From contig CAVPCQ010000011.1 in assembly GCA_963702425.1 (NCBI GenBank), forward strand, positions 96,001-160,000: DNA of 64,000 nt, given 5' to 3'. Positions 10,336-21,253 of this stretch are shown here, piece by piece; the stretch's first letter is position 1, and each line of letters starts with the position of its first letter. The translations under genes and the position numbers were made by a program. The stretch is from an uncultured Acidobacteriota bacterium (GTDB lineage Bacteria > Acidobacteriota > Polarisedimenticolia > J045). Below the pieces are notes generated by a model. That model was not told the DNA's origin, searched no databases, and saw only the letters and a program-made list of their open reading frames with translations.

Positions 10336-11388
10336 CTCGCTGAGATCCGAGGTCGCCCAGGACTCGGCGAGCGCGTGCGTCACGGCGAGGACGACGGGGC
10401 CGACGAAGATGCCGATCAGGCCGAGCGTCATGAGGCCCCCGATCACCCCGGCGAAAACCATGATCAGCGGCATGTCGACACCCTTCTTGATCAGGATGGG
10501 GCGCAGGAAATTGTCGAGCGGCCCGACGACGATCGTCCAGACGAGGAGGAAGACGCCCCATCCGGTGCTGCCCGTCCAGAAGACGTAAGCCACCGCAAGC
10601 AGCAGCAGCGGGAGTGGTCCGATCTGCGCGATGCAGAGCACGAACGCCACGACCGTGAGGACAGCCGGGAACGGAACGCCGGCGATCCACAGCCCGAGCC
10701 CACAGAGGACCGACTGCAGGAGAGCCGTGACCACCACCCCCATCGCCACTCCGCGGATCGCCGCGCCGGCGAGGTCGAGCGTGCTCTCGCCCCGTTTCCC
10801 GCCCAGGCGGCGCGCGAAGCGCCGTGCCATGGCGACCGCCTGTTCGCCGCTCGACCAGAGGATGGCGGCGATGACGACGGTGAGCAGGAACTGGATGAGT
10901 GCGAGGCCGACGTTCCCGATCCTCCCGATCAGCCATTTCGTCGCGTCGCTCGCGTACGGTGCGGACTTGGTCATCAGCGGCTGGAGCCCCTCGCCGACGA
11001 ACCCTTCCCACGCGCTGGCCACCTGTGCTCCCACGAGCGGCAGCCCGGCCACCCAGCCCGGTGCGGGAGGGAGCTGGAGTGTCGAGAGCTCCTGCACCCG
11101 GGTGACGATCGCGTCGGAGTTCCTTACGAGGGCGCTGACGGACAGAAGGAACGGTACGAACAGGAGGCCGAGAAGGACCAGCGACAGGACGGCCACCGCC
11201 GGCCACCGCCGGCCGCGAAAAAAGCGCTGGACCGCGAGCAGCACCGGCCAGGTCGCGACGACGATCGTCGTCGCCCAGATCATCGCCCCAAGGAACGGAC
11301 GGAGGATCCAGAAGGACGCGAGCATCAGGGTGAGGATCGAGAGGACGACGAGAACGATGCGGGTGATGTCCGGTCGCGGCTCGGTCAT
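10330..11388 (-). CDS. AI-2E family transporter (YdiK-like)
   Basis: LRPFLGAMIWATTIVVATWP and DNFLRPILI...GVIGGL..LGLIGIFVGPVVLAV motifs. Confidence 0.88.
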   Translation of the reverse strand: MTEPRPDITRIVLVVLSILTLMLASFWILRPFLGAMIWATTIVVATWPVLLAVQRFFRGRRWPAVAVLSLVLLGLLFVPFLLSVSALVRNSDAIVTRVQELSTLQLPPAPGWVAGLPLVGAQVASAWEGFVGEGLQPLMTKSAPYASDATKWLIGRIGNVGLALIQFLLTVVIAAILWSSGEQAVAMARRFARRLGGKRGESTLDLAGAAIRGVAMGVVVTALLQSVLCGLGLWIAGVPFPAVLTVVAFVLCIAQIGPLPLLLLAVAYVFWTGSTGWGVFLLVWTIVVGPLDNFLRPILIKKGVDMPLIMVFAGVIGGLMTLGLIGIFVGPVVLAVTHALAESWATSDLSES

Positions 11389-11562
11389 GGTCGGTTTCCT
11401 CCATGGATCCTGCGGTGGCGCGGAGGAAATCGAGCCCGCGTCTCGCAAGGGCGAAGTGTAGCACCGCAGTCGACCACACTGGCGCCGACTGACGGCACGT
11501 CTCGCGCAGCGCTGGGGCCTTGCGGGTACCATGAAGCCTGCTGCGCCGTCCTGGAGACCCCC

Positions 11563-12885
11563 ATGAGCGAGACCGGGAAGATCGACACCCATCACAAGGC
11601 GCTCCAGCTCAACCTCGACCCGAAGATCTTCGGGACGTTCGCGGAGATCGGCGCCGGCCAGGAGGTGGCCCGCTGGTTCCTCCAGGTCGGTGGCGCGTCG
11701 GGGACGGTCGCGAAGACGATCTCGGCCTACGACATGACGGTCAGCGACGCGATCTACGGCAAGGGGACCCGGTACGTGTCACGCGACCGGCTGATCGCGA
11801 TGCTCGACCACGAGTACGCGCAACTGATCGAGCGGCTCGACGCGGGCCGCGGTGCGGACACCCGCTTCTTCGTCTTCGCCGACACGGTCTCGGCGCGCAA
11901 CTTCGCCGGGACCAACGAGTGCCACGGCTGGCTGGGGATCCGCTTCCAGTCCTCTCCGCGCGGGCGGCCGAACGACGTCCTGCTCCATGTCAACATGATG
12001 GACCCGGGCAACCTGCTCCAGCAGCAGGCGCTCGGCGTGCTCGGCGTCAACCTCGTGCACGCGGCCTACTTCGAGCGCGGTTCTGTGGACGCCCTGCTCG
12101 CGGCCCTCGCCTCCGGGCTGTCGCTCGCCCGGATCGAGATCGACGTCATCGAGCTGTCGGGGCCCGACTTCCGCGAGACCGACCCGCGGGCGGTCGGCGT
12201 CGCCCTCGTGCGCGGCGGCTACGGCAGCGCGGTCCTGTTCAAGGAGGACCTGCAACTCGTCCCGCCGTCGGAGGTCCTCCGCAAACGGCCGATCGTCGTC
12301 GAGCGCGGCAACTTCCGCCGGGTGGAGTCGATCCATGCGCGCATCCTCGAGGCGGCGCTCCGCCGGCTGGGCTCCGAGGCCGGCTCGACCGAGCGCGAGC
12401 CGCTGGGCCTGTTCGAGATGAGCACCGATCCGATCGGCGCGGCCGAGCGCCCCGACGATCGCACCATCCTGGACCGGCTCGCGGCCCTGGCTGCGCTGGG
12501 CCGGCCGGTCCTCCTCAGCCGCTACCCCCACAACTACGAGCTGTCGGGCTACCTCCGGCGCTACACGAAGCTGCCGCTGCGGTTCACCGCGGGGACGTCC
12601 GCGCTGATCCCGCTGCTGCAGATGGCGAACTACCCGGAGCTGATGGGTGGCCGGCTCGAGGCGCTCGGGAAGCTGCTCGCCGCAAACGTCCGGATCTACG
12701 TCCACCCGATGCCGGCCGAAGCGGTGCGGGAAGCGCTCGCCGCGCTGCCTCCCGGCGCGCCTTCGGTCGGCTTTCCGACGGACGGTCCGGTCACGGCGGA
12801 GAACCTGCTTTTCCCGCCGCCGCTCGGGCACCTGTACCGGTACCTGCTCGAATCGGGCTGGATCGAGGGCCTGCCGCTCGCGTAG
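11563..12885 (+). CDS. Conserved cytoplasmic protein of unknown function (GTFAEIGAGQEV family; sometimes labelled nucleotidyltransferase-like)
   Basis: KALQLNLD..IFGTFAEIGAGQEVARWF..GGASGTVAKTISAYDM..SDAIYG and HGWLGIRFQ conserved blocks; no signal peptide. Confidence 0.7.
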   Translation: MSETGKIDTHHKALQLNLDPKIFGTFAEIGAGQEVARWFLQVGGASGTVAKTISAYDMTVSDAIYGKGTRYVSRDRLIAMLDHEYAQLIERLDAGRGADTRFFVFADTVSARNFAGTNECHGWLGIRFQSSPRGRPNDVLLHVNMMDPGNLLQQQALGVLGVNLVHAAYFERGSVDALLAALASGLSLARIEIDVIELSGPDFRETDPRAVGVALVRGGYGSAVLFKEDLQLVPPSEVLRKRPIVVERGNFRRVESIHARILEAALRRLGSEAGSTEREPLGLFEMSTDPIGAAERPDDRTILDRLAALAALGRPVLLSRYPHNYELSGYLRRYTKLPLRFTAGTSALIPLLQMANYPELMGGRLEALGKLLAANVRIYVHPMPAEAVREALAALPPGAPSVGFPTDGPVTAENLLFPPPLGHLYRYLLESGWIEGLPLA

Positions 12886-12992
12886 CGATCGGTGCGCGGC
12901 CGTTGCGCGGCCGGCGCCTGCGGGCCTATCCTGAGGTCCCGCGGGCAGAAGCGAATCCCGCATGCCTCCGGCTCCGGAGGGAGCAGAAAGCC

Positions 12993-14358
12993 ATGGCCCA
13001 GAAAGCGATCCCGCGCTCCCGCGTGTCGAGCCGATCACTGCAGCGCTTTGTGGCGCTCTGCTGCGTGCTCCTGCTCGCGCCCGGCTCGGGCGTGGCCCTC
13101 GCGCAGCAGGGCGCGCCGGCACCGCAGCCGGCCCAGGCGGCGCCACCGGCGCGGCCGGCGCGGCCGAGGCGCCGGCGATCCCGCCCGACCAGCTCGATGC
13201 GCTGGTGGCTCCGATCGCCCTCTACCCCGACCCGCTCCTGGCCCAGACGCTCGTCGCCTCCACCTATCCGCTCGAGATCATCCAGCTCCAGCAGTGGCTC
13301 GCGAGGAACCCGGGCCTGAAGGACAAGGCGCTGGAGGAGGCGGTCGCGAAGCAGCCCTGGGACCCCAGCATCCAGTCGATGGCGGCGGTCCCCGAGGTGG
13401 TGAAGCGGCTCTCGGAAGACATCCAGTGGACCACGGACCTCGGGAACGCTTTCCTCGCGCAGCAGGCCGACGTCATGGAAGCCGTCCAGCGGATGCGCAA
13501 GAAGGCGGCGGACAAGGGCGCGCTGACGACCAACGAGCAGCAGGTCGTCGAGACGAAAGTGATCGAGCAGAAGACGGTCATCGTCGTCCAGCCCGCGAAT
13601 CCCGAGGTGGTCTACGTCCCGTCCTACAGCCCGACGGTGGTCTACGGGCCGCCGGTCTATCCCTATCCGCCGATCTACTATCCTCCCTACCCGGCGGGCG
13701 GCGCCTTGATCGGCTTCGGCATCGGGGTCGACGTGGGGCGCGGCTTGGGGCGGCTCCTGCTGTGGCTGCGGCTGGGGCGGAAACGACGTCAACATCAACG
13801 TCAACAACAACTTCAACAAGAACACCAACATCAACCGCGGCGGAAACAACAACTGGCAGCACAACCCTCGCACCGCGGGGGCACCCCCTACTCGAACAAG
13901 GCGACGGCAAGCAAGTACGGGGGATCGGCGCGCGGCGGCGCGAGCGATCGGGCGGCGGGCGGCGCCGGGGCGCGTTCCGGCACCGCCGGGGCCATGGACC
14001 GCGGCACGGGCGGCGCGGGATCCCGCACCGGCACGCCGAGCGCCGCGGACCGCGGCACCGGTGGCGCGGGATCGCGCGGCGGCACGCCGAGCACGATGGA
14101 CCGCGGGCACCGGCAGCGCGGGATCCCGTCCCAGCCAGCGCCGGCAGCATGGACCGCGGCGCCGGCGGCGCGTCGGCGGGCGGCGCGCAGGTCGGCAACC
14201 GCAACATTCCGTCGGGCAGCGGATCGAGCGTCAACAGCGGCTTCAGCGGCGGTTCGCGCGGGTACAGCGGGAGCAGCGCCAAGAGCAGCAGCTCGCGCGG
14301 GGCGTCCAGCATGGGTTCGCGAGGCGGCGGCGGCGGCCGTGGCGGCGGCCGGAGGTGA
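12993..14358 (+). CDS. DUF3300 domain protein with low-complexity Gly/Ser/Arg tail (frameshifted)
   Basis: QLDALVAPIALYPDPLLAQ.LVASTYPLEI, WDPSIQS, WTTDLGNAFLAQQADVM and PANPEVVYVP motifs. Confidence 0.85.
13946..14172 (+). repeat. ~5 degenerate 51-nt (17-aa) tandem coding repeats, DRGTGGAGSR.GTPS..
   Basis: GAC/GAT CGC/CGG unit starts at 13946, 13997, 14048, 14099 and 14152. Confidence 0.75.
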
Positions 14359-14363
14359 ATGCG

Positions 14364-15394
14364 ATGAGACCCGGATCGAACGATCGGATTCCCGGCCGGC
14401 TCCTGATCCGCGTCACTCGCCTCGGGCTCTGCCTGGGCGTCGCATGCGCCTTCCCGTTGCCCCCGGCCTCGCAGGCCGCCGAGCCCGCCAAGCCGGCCCA
14501 GGGACCCGGCGATCCAGCAGCGGACCTTCGACACCCCCGAGAAGGCGAGCGACGCGTTGATCCTCGCCGCGGAGCGATACGACACCGCGGCCATGAAGGC
14601 GATCCTCGGACCGGAGGGCGTGGACCTCGTGACCACCGAGGACGCGGTCCAGTCGGAGAACCTGAGCAAGGCCTTCGCGGCGCAGGCCGAGAGAGAAGAC
14701 CGCGGTCGAGGTCGATCCACTGGACCCGAACGTCGCCATCCTCTCGGTGGGACCCGAGGACTGGCCGCTGCCGATCCCGATCGTCAGGGAGGGGGGCAAG
14801 TGGCGGTTCAACACCGCGGCGGGACGCCAGGAGATCCTCTACCGCCGCATCGGGCGGAACGAGCTGGACGCCATCCAGGTGTGCCTCGGGTTCGTCGAGG
14901 CGCAACAGGAATACGCCCTGACGAAGCACGACGGCGCACTGGTGAATCAGTACGCCCAGCGTGTCATCAGCACGCCCGGGAAGCAGGATGGCCTGGCGTG
15001 GCAGGCCGCGGACGGGACGTGGCAGGGACCGGTCGCCGAAGGGGTCGCCCGGATCATCGCCGAGGGCTACACCGACCGACGCGAACCCTTCCACGGCTAC
15101 TACTACAAGGTCCTGAAGGGCCAGGGTCCCGCCGCACCGCTGGGCGAGATGGACTTCCTCGTGAAGGGGGCGATGATCGGCGGCTTCGCACTCGTCGCCG
15201 CACCGGCGGACTACGAGGTCAGCGGCGTGATGACGTTCATCGTGAGCCACGACGGCATCGTCTACCAGAAGGACGTCGGACCGAAGTCGGTCGACGAGTT
15301 CCGCGCGATGGAGCGCTACAACCCGGATTCGAGCTGGACCCCGGTCTTCGGCCAGTACCCGGCGCGGCCGCATCTGAGATACCCCACGCGATGA
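14364..15394 (+). CDS. DUF2950 family protein (frameshifted)
   Basis: WPLPIPIV..GGKWRFNTAAGRQEILYRRIGRNELDAI, PFHGYYYKVL and SGVMTFIVSHDGIVYQKD; the usual DUF3300 partner. Confidence 0.85.
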
Positions 15395-16329
15395 AGCGCA
15401 GCCGGGGAGCACGGCCGCGGTGGCGACCCGGGCTGGTCCTGCTCGGGATCGCCGGAGCGCTCGTCGTACCGGCGGAGTCCCTTGCCCAGGAACTCGAACC
15501 CCGCGCCTACTCCGCCTCGCCGGTCGGGGCCAACTTCGCGGTCCTGGGCTACTCCTGGACCGGCGGCGAGGTGCTGCTGGACCCGTCGCTGCCGGTGAGC
15601 GACGTCGAGGCGCGGATCGACAGCCTGTCCGCCGGATACTCGCGGACCTTCGGGATCGCCGGACGCGCGGCGAGCATCGCGGTGGCCGTGCCTTGGTTCT
15701 GGGGCACGATGAGCGGAGAGGTCGGCGAGGAACGGCGGGCGATCGAGCGCGTCGGCCCGGGCGACGTGCGGCTCCGGTTCGCGGCCAACCTGGTCGGCGG
15801 GCCCGCGCTGTCCCCGGCCGAGTTCGCGGCGCGACCGCAGCGGACCACGCTCGGAGCCAGCCTCACCGTCGTCGCCCCGACGGGAGAATACGACGCCACG
15901 AAGCTGGTCAACATCGGCTCGAACCGCTGGTCGTTCCGGCCCGAACTGGGGGTCTCGATCCCGCTCGGGAAGTGGTTTTTCGAGACGGCAGCCGGGGTCT
16001 GGCTGTTCGCCGACAACGACGATTTTTTCGGCGGGTTCAGGCGCGAGCAGGACCCCCTCGTCCTGCTCCAGGCGCACGGCGGCTACCAGTTCCGGCCGGG
16101 CTTCTGGATCGCCGCCGACGCGAACTACTACCGGGGCGGGACCACCACGGTCGACGGGGTCGCGAAGAACGACCTTCAGGCCAACTCGCGCTACGGCCTG
16201 ACGCTGTCGGTCCGGCTGGGGAAGGGCCTCTCGGCCAAGCTGGCCGTCGCCGACGGACTGACCACCCGGGTCGGCGGCGACTTCCAGACGATCGGGGTGG
16301 CCCTCCAGTACCTCTGGATGGACCGCTGA
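15391..16329 (+). CDS. Outer-membrane 'transporter' (Phenol_MetA_deg-like beta-barrel)
   Basis: Signal peptide, QELEPRAYS.SPVG.N, APTGEYD..KLVNIGSNRW.FRPELG, aromatic C-terminus; ATGA overlap with the upstream gene. Confidence 0.8.
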   Translation: MKRSRGARPRWRPGLVLLGIAGALVVPAESLAQELEPRAYSASPVGANFAVLGYSWTGGEVLLDPSLPVSDVEARIDSLSAGYSRTFGIAGRAASIAVAVPWFWGTMSGEVGEERRAIERVGPGDVRLRFAANLVGGPALSPAEFAARPQRTTLGASLTVVAPTGEYDATKLVNIGSNRWSFRPELGVSIPLGKWFFETAAGVWLFADNDDFFGGFRREQDPLVLLQAHGGYQFRPGFWIAADANYYRGGTTTVDGVAKNDLQANSRYGLTLSVRLGKGLSAKLAVADGLTTRVGGDFQTIGVALQYLWMDR

Positions 16330-16392
16330 AGCCGGCCTCCGACCCGGGCCTCATCTCTCCAATGCGTCGCCTCGCCGGGGAGGGTCGTCCGG

Positions 16393-16806
16393 TCAGACCA
16401 GCCCCGCGTCCTCCAGCTCTGCCGCGAGGTCGGGCCCCATTCGCTTTGGCCGCCGGAAGAACCACGGCTGCCGCGCCGGATCGTGCGCCTCCTCGGCCGC
16501 GATCTCCTCGCCCCACAGCGGTGCTCCGGTCGGCAGCGTGCCGGCGAGAAAACGCCGGTCGGCCTCCGCGACCTGCGCCGAGACCGCGGTCCGTGCGGCG
16601 TCGGGCGCCACCGCCAGCGCACCGGCGAGGATGTCGCGCAGGTCCATGTCGTTGAGCCAGTCGTCGAGCGTCAGGTCGTAGCTGTCCTCGAGCGCGTCGG
16701 CGATCGCCTCCCAGCGGTCGGCCAGTCCGGCGAGGCCTCCATCGACCAGTCGCGACGCGACGCCGCGCTCTGCCAGGTACTCCGTAACCGGGTCGTCGGG
16801 GATCAT
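16393..16806 (-). CDS. Acidic hypothetical protein (candidate immunity protein)
   Basis: MIPDDPVTEYLAERG...YDLTLDDWLNDMDLRD...WFFRRP; ATG overlaps the upstream stop (ATGA). Confidence 0.6.
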   Translation of the reverse strand: MIPDDPVTEYLAERGVASRLVDGGLAGLADRWEAIADALEDSYDLTLDDWLNDMDLRDILAGALAVAPDAARTAVSAQVAEADRRFLAGTLPTGAPLWGEEIAAEEAHDPARQPWFFRRPKRMGPDLAAELEDAGLV

Positions 16807-17251
16807 CGTCTCTGCCTTTTCGCCTGGCGTTGGAAGTAGCGCTCGCCGTCGTTCGAGATGAAGAGGGTACGGATCACGCCGTCCCGCTCGAAGGCGAGGA
16901 AGGCGCCGGAGGCGCGGTCGAAGCGCGTGATCACGCCGTCGTCGCGCACGATCTCGCGCACGTCGCCGCCGGCCGGTCGGTCGCGCAGCGCCTGCGCCAG
17001 CGCGAGGTACTCCTGCGGCGAGGCGGCGCGGAACTCGGCGCCGTGCTTGGCGAAGTGCTCGGCCAGCGCGCGCGGGGTGCGGAAGCCGATCGCCTCGCGC
17101 CCCGCGACCTGCAGCGAAGCCCGGCGCGGGGGATGGCGCGGCGGCGGGCTGGGCGGCAGGGTCCCGGGGACGCCTGCTGCGGCGCGGGGCCGGCGTCGCA
17201 CCCGACGAGCAGGAGCGCGAGCGCGGCCAGCCATCGGACCCGGGGGCGCAT
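16803..17251 (-). CDS. Lipoprotein with HFxKHGxEF domain (toxin/RNase-like), one frameshift
   Basis: MRPRVRWLAALALLLVGC lipobox, then in another frame LAEHFAKHGAEF...EYLALAQAL...RFDRASGAFLAF..DGVIRTLF. Confidence 0.6.
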
Positions 17252-17438
17252 CGACCACCGGATCGTGCGTCTGGCCTGCGCACGGGTCAAGCGCGTCGCG
17301 CCTCCGCCTCGCCCGCCCGTCCCGTCCCGCGGTACCCTCCGCGCGTGCATCCCGTTCCCCCGCCCCGCATCGCGCCCGGCGCGCTCCTCCTGGCGCTGAT
17401 CGCTTCCGCCACGTTGCCGCTCGCCGGTTGCGTCGGCG

Positions 17439-17804
17439 GTGACGTCGGATGACCGACCGCCCCCTCCGCTCATGTCCCTCGAGGCACCCCGGGGGGAGGT
17501 CCACGCCACGCCGGACCTGTTCGCCTGGCAGCCGGTCACCGGGGCCGCGAGCTACCGGGTGACGATCGGCGATGCCGACACGGTCTGGCCCCTCGTCGTG
17601 GCAACGACCACCGAAGCGCGGTTGCCGCTGCCCCCCGAGAAGCGCGGCGCGATCCTCCGCGGCCGGATCCACGAGTGGTCGGTCGAGGCATTGGACGTGC
17701 GGGGCGCCACGATCGGTTCCGGCACGGTACGCTTCTGGGTCGATCGCGGTGCGCCCGGCTCGTCGACGAACTCGCCCGGCGGGGGCAGTACACCAGGACC
17801 GTAG
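17439..17804 (+). CDS. Hypothetical protein, Fn3/Ig-like beta-sandwich
   Basis: FAWQPVTGAASYRVTI...WSVEALD pattern typical of Fn3-like domains. Confidence 0.5.
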   Translation: MTSDDRPPPPLMSLEAPRGEVHATPDLFAWQPVTGAASYRVTIGDADTVWPLVVATTTEARLPLPPEKRGAILRGRIHEWSVEALDVRGATIGSGTVRFWVDRGAPGSSTNSPGGGSTPGP

Positions 17805-17889
17805 CGCCGATCCGGAAGGCCTCGCGCCCGGGATGCCCGCCGGAAGCGCGCCACGGCGGTAGAATGAAATCGGCGAAAGGGGGGTCACG

Positions 17890-18096
17890 ATGGCGATCCG
17901 AATCGACCTCTCCGACGACGAAGCCACGTTCCTGCGCGAGATCGTGGAGTGGCGGCTGAAGGCGCTGCCGCTCGAGATCGCGCACACCGACCACGCCCCC
18001 TACCGCGAACTGCTGCGCGACGAGGCCGACGCGCTCGAGCACGTCCTGGACCGGATCGTGCACGCCGCCGCGCCGGCGCCCGTGCACGGGCTCTAG
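17890..18096 (+). CDS. Small helical hypothetical protein
   Basis: 68-aa ORF with AAAGGGGG RBS; ..EIAHTD...YRELL pattern. Confidence 0.6.
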   Translation: MAIRIDLSDDEATFLREIVEWRLKALPLEIAHTDHAPYRELLRDEADALEHVLDRIVHAAAPAPVHGL

Positions 18097-18162
18097 CGCA
18101 CGTCGCGGACGGGACGGGGGGTGGGCCCGGCGCGACGCGCCGTGGAGTAAGCTGGTTCTATC

Positions 18163-19365
18163 ATGTCGATCCTCACCTCCCGCACCGTTCGCCGCATCGC
18201 GATCGTCCTGCTCCTGTTCGCCGCGGCCGTCGCGCTGCGCTACACCGTCTTCCGGACCGATCCCGTCCCGGTGACCGTCGCCCGCATCGCAACGGGCCGG
18301 GTCGAGCAGACGGTGACCAACAGCAAGGCCGGCACCGTGCAGACACGGCAGCGCGCGTCGCTCAGTCCCGAGATGGGCGGCCTCGTGGTCGAACTGCCGG
18401 CCCGCAAGGGGAGCCGCGTCGCGGCCGGCGAGGTCGTGCTACGCCTCTCCGACGCCGACTTCCGGGCCCAGGTCGCGTTGCAGGAGCGCTCGCTCGAGGC
18501 GGTCCAGGCCGCCGCAAATGAGGCCTGCCTGACCGCCGAGCAGGCGATGCGCGACGATGTGCGCTACGACGCGCTGGCTCGCGAGGGGGTGATCTCGGCG
18601 GAGCTTGGTGAGCAGGCGCGGTCGCGGCGCGATGCCGCGGCGGCCGGGTGCGTGGCCTCGCGCGCGCGGATCCGCCAGGCCGAGTCGGCGCTCGCGCTGG
18701 CGCGCGCGCAGCTCGCCAAGACCGTGCTGCGTGCTCCCTTCCCCGGCGTCGTGGCCGAGCTGAAGACGGAGCTGGGCGAGTGGATCACGCCGGCGCCGCC
18801 GGGCGTGCCGATTCCGCCCGTGATCGAGCTGATCGCCCCCGAGGAGATCTACATCTCCGCTCCGCTGGACGAGGTCGACGTCGGAAAGGTTCGCCTCGGG
18901 CAGCCGGTGCGGATCACGATGGACGCCTACCCGGGACGGAACTTCCCCGGAAAGGTCGTGCGCGTCGCCCCCTACGTGCTCGACATTCAGGAACAGAACC
19001 GCACCTTCGAGATCGAGGCCGAGTTCGACGACGCAGCGTTTGCCCGCAGCCTGGTGCCGGGCGCGTCGGCCGACGTCGAGGTCATCCTCGACCTCAAGGA
19101 CGGCGTGCTGCGGGTGCCGACCTCGGCGCTGATGGAAGGGGGTCGCGTGCTGGTCGTCGAGAACGACCGGCTCGTCGGCCGGCCGGTGACCACCGGATTG
19201 CGCAACTGGGAGTTCGCCGAGGTGACGAGTGGGCTGTCGGCGGGGGACCGCGTGACCGTCTCGCTGGACCGGATGGAGGTCAAGGAGGGCGCGGCCGTGA
19301 CGATCGCTGCCGAGATCGCTCCTGACGGCCGCGCCTCGGGCCGGTCGAACGGACCGGCGAAGTGA
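18163..19365 (+). CDS. Efflux periplasmic adaptor (MacA/HlyD family)
   Basis: N-terminal TM anchor, lipoyl hairpin, LRAPFPGVV, DEVDVGKVRLGQPV and VTTGLRNW. Confidence 0.9.
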   Translation: MSILTSRTVRRIAIVLLLFAAAVALRYTVFRTDPVPVTVARIATGRVEQTVTNSKAGTVQTRQRASLSPEMGGLVVELPARKGSRVAAGEVVLRLSDADFRAQVALQERSLEAVQAAANEACLTAEQAMRDDVRYDALAREGVISAELGEQARSRRDAAAAGCVASRARIRQAESALALARAQLAKTVLRAPFPGVVAELKTELGEWITPAPPGVPIPPVIELIAPEEIYISAPLDEVDVGKVRLGQPVRITMDAYPGRNFPGKVVRVAPYVLDIQEQNRTFEIEAEFDDAAFARSLVPGASADVEVILDLKDGVLRVPTSALMEGGRVLVVENDRLVGRPVTTGLRNWEFAEVTSGLSAGDRVTVSLDRMEVKEGAAVTIAAEIAPDGRASGRSNGPAK

Positions 19366-20050
19366 TCGAGCTGTCCCACGTCGAGCGCGTCTACCAGGTC
19401 GGAGACGAGGCGGTCCACGCGCTGCGCGACGTCGACCTGACGATCGAGGCGGGCGAGCATGTCGCGATCATGGGCCCGTCGGGCTCGGGCAAGTCGACCT
19501 TGCTGAACATTCTGGGGGCGCTCGATCGCCCGACGGCGGGAACCTACCGGCTGGACGGCCTGGACGTCGGCGCCTTGGGCGAGGACCGACTGCCGGAGAT
19601 CCGGCGGCACCAGATCGGCTTCGTGTTCCAGTCGTTCCACCTGGTCCCGCGCCTCACCGCCGCGGGGAACGTCGAGCTGCCGATGATCTTCGCCGGGTTG
19701 CCGCGGAAGGAACGCCTCGAGCGGGCCGGCCACGCGCTGGCCGCGGTCGGGCTGATGCCGCGGGCGACGCACCGCCCGGACCAGCTCTCGGGCGGCGAGC
19801 GCCAGCGCACCGCGATCGCGCGCGCGATCGTGATGGGGCCCAAGATCCTGCTCGCCGACGAACCGACGGGGAACCTCGACAGCGCGTCGGGCGGCGAGGT
19901 CATCCGGTTGCTCGAGCGGATGAACGCCGAGGGACTGACCTGATCGTCGTCACCCACGACCCGGCGATCGGCTCGCGCGCGCGGCGCCGCATCCGCCTCG
20001 CCGACGGGCGCGTGGTCGAGGACGTGCGCCAGCCGGGGATGCGCGCATGA
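19362..20050 (+). CDS. ABC transporter ATP-binding protein (LolD/MacB type), frameshift at ~19940
   Basis: [17 protein letters not shown] and [10 protein letters not shown]; the H-loop VVTHD continues in the shifted frame to TGA 20050. Confidence 0.9.
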
Positions 20051-21253
20051 AGACCGGCGACCTGCTGCACTTCGCGGCGGGTGCCCTGTCCGGCCACCGC
20101 CTGCGCGCCGGGCTGTCGCTGCTCGGCGTGGCGATCGGCGTCGGCTCGGTGATCCTCCTGACGAGCCTCGGCGAGGGGGCGAGGCGGTACGTCACGGGTG
20201 AGTTCGCGGTCCTGGGGAGCAATCTCCTGATCGTGATCCCCGGGAAGATCGAGACCTCCGGCGCCCCGCCGATCTTCGGCAGCTCGACCAACGACCTGAC
20301 CGTCGAGGATGCCGAGGCGGTCGAGCGGCGGGTTCCCCTCGTGCGGAAGGTCGTGCCGCTGGTGGTCGTGCTGGCCAAGGCCCAGGTCGATTCCCTCGAG
20401 CGCGACGTGGTCGTCGCCGGCGTCTCGCCGGCCATGAAGGAGGTCCGCAAGATCGCGGTGCCGATGGGACAGTACCTCCCCGACGGGCGACCTCGACCGC
20501 GGGGCGCGGGTCGCGGTCCTCGGCGCGAAGATCAGGAACGAGCTGTTCCCGGGCCGGAACCCGCTCGGGGCCGCGATCCGGCTGGGCGACGAGCGCTTCC
20601 GCGTGATCGGCGTGATGGGACAGCGGGGCACATCGCTGGGCGAGAACCTCGACGAGGTGATCCACATCCCGATCGGCCAGGGACTGAAGATGGCCAACCG
20701 CCGCGGCCTGTTCCGGCTGCTGATCGAGATCACGTCGCACGAGGACGCCGAGGCGGCCAAGGCGCAGGTCCTGGCGGTCCTCAAGGAACGCCACGGCGGC
20801 GTCGAGGACGTGACCGTCCTGACCCAGGACGCGGTCCTCTCGACCTTCAACCGGATCCTCGCGATCCTGACCGCCGCCCTGGCGGGGATCGCGGCGATCT
20901 CGCTCTCGGTGGCCGGGATCGGGATCATGAACGTGATGCTGGTCTCGGTCTCCGAGCGCACGCGGGAGATCGGGCTGCTCAAGGCGCTCGGGGTCACCCG
21001 GCGCCAGGTCGTCGCCGTTTTCCTGGCCGAGGCCGCGATCCTCTCGACGCTCGGCGGCCTGGTCGGCGTGGTGCTGGGGTTCGCGCTGGGCCGCGCCGTG
21101 ATCCTCGTCTTCCCGGACTACCCGGTCGCGGCGCCGGCCTGGGCGGTCGCCGCGGCGATCGGGGTCTCGGTCGCCGTCGGCCTCGTCTTCGGCGTGCTGC
21201 CGGCACGGCGCGCGGCGGGGCTCGATCCCGTCGCGGCGCTCGCGGGGAGGTGA
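20047..21253 (+). CDS. MacB-like ABC permease (frameshift ~20480)
   Basis: [36 protein letters not shown] and PARRAA.LDPVAAL. Confidence 0.88.

Noticed and set aside
11563-12885. TonB-dependent receptor label that I recall being attached to this family
   Set aside because: There is no signal peptide, beta-barrel pattern or terminal aromatic strand, and the protein is too short.
19930-19950. Programmed frameshift in the ABC ATPase and other split genes
   Set aside because: No slippery heptamer or stimulatory structure is evident; indels are widespread and better explained by sequencing error.
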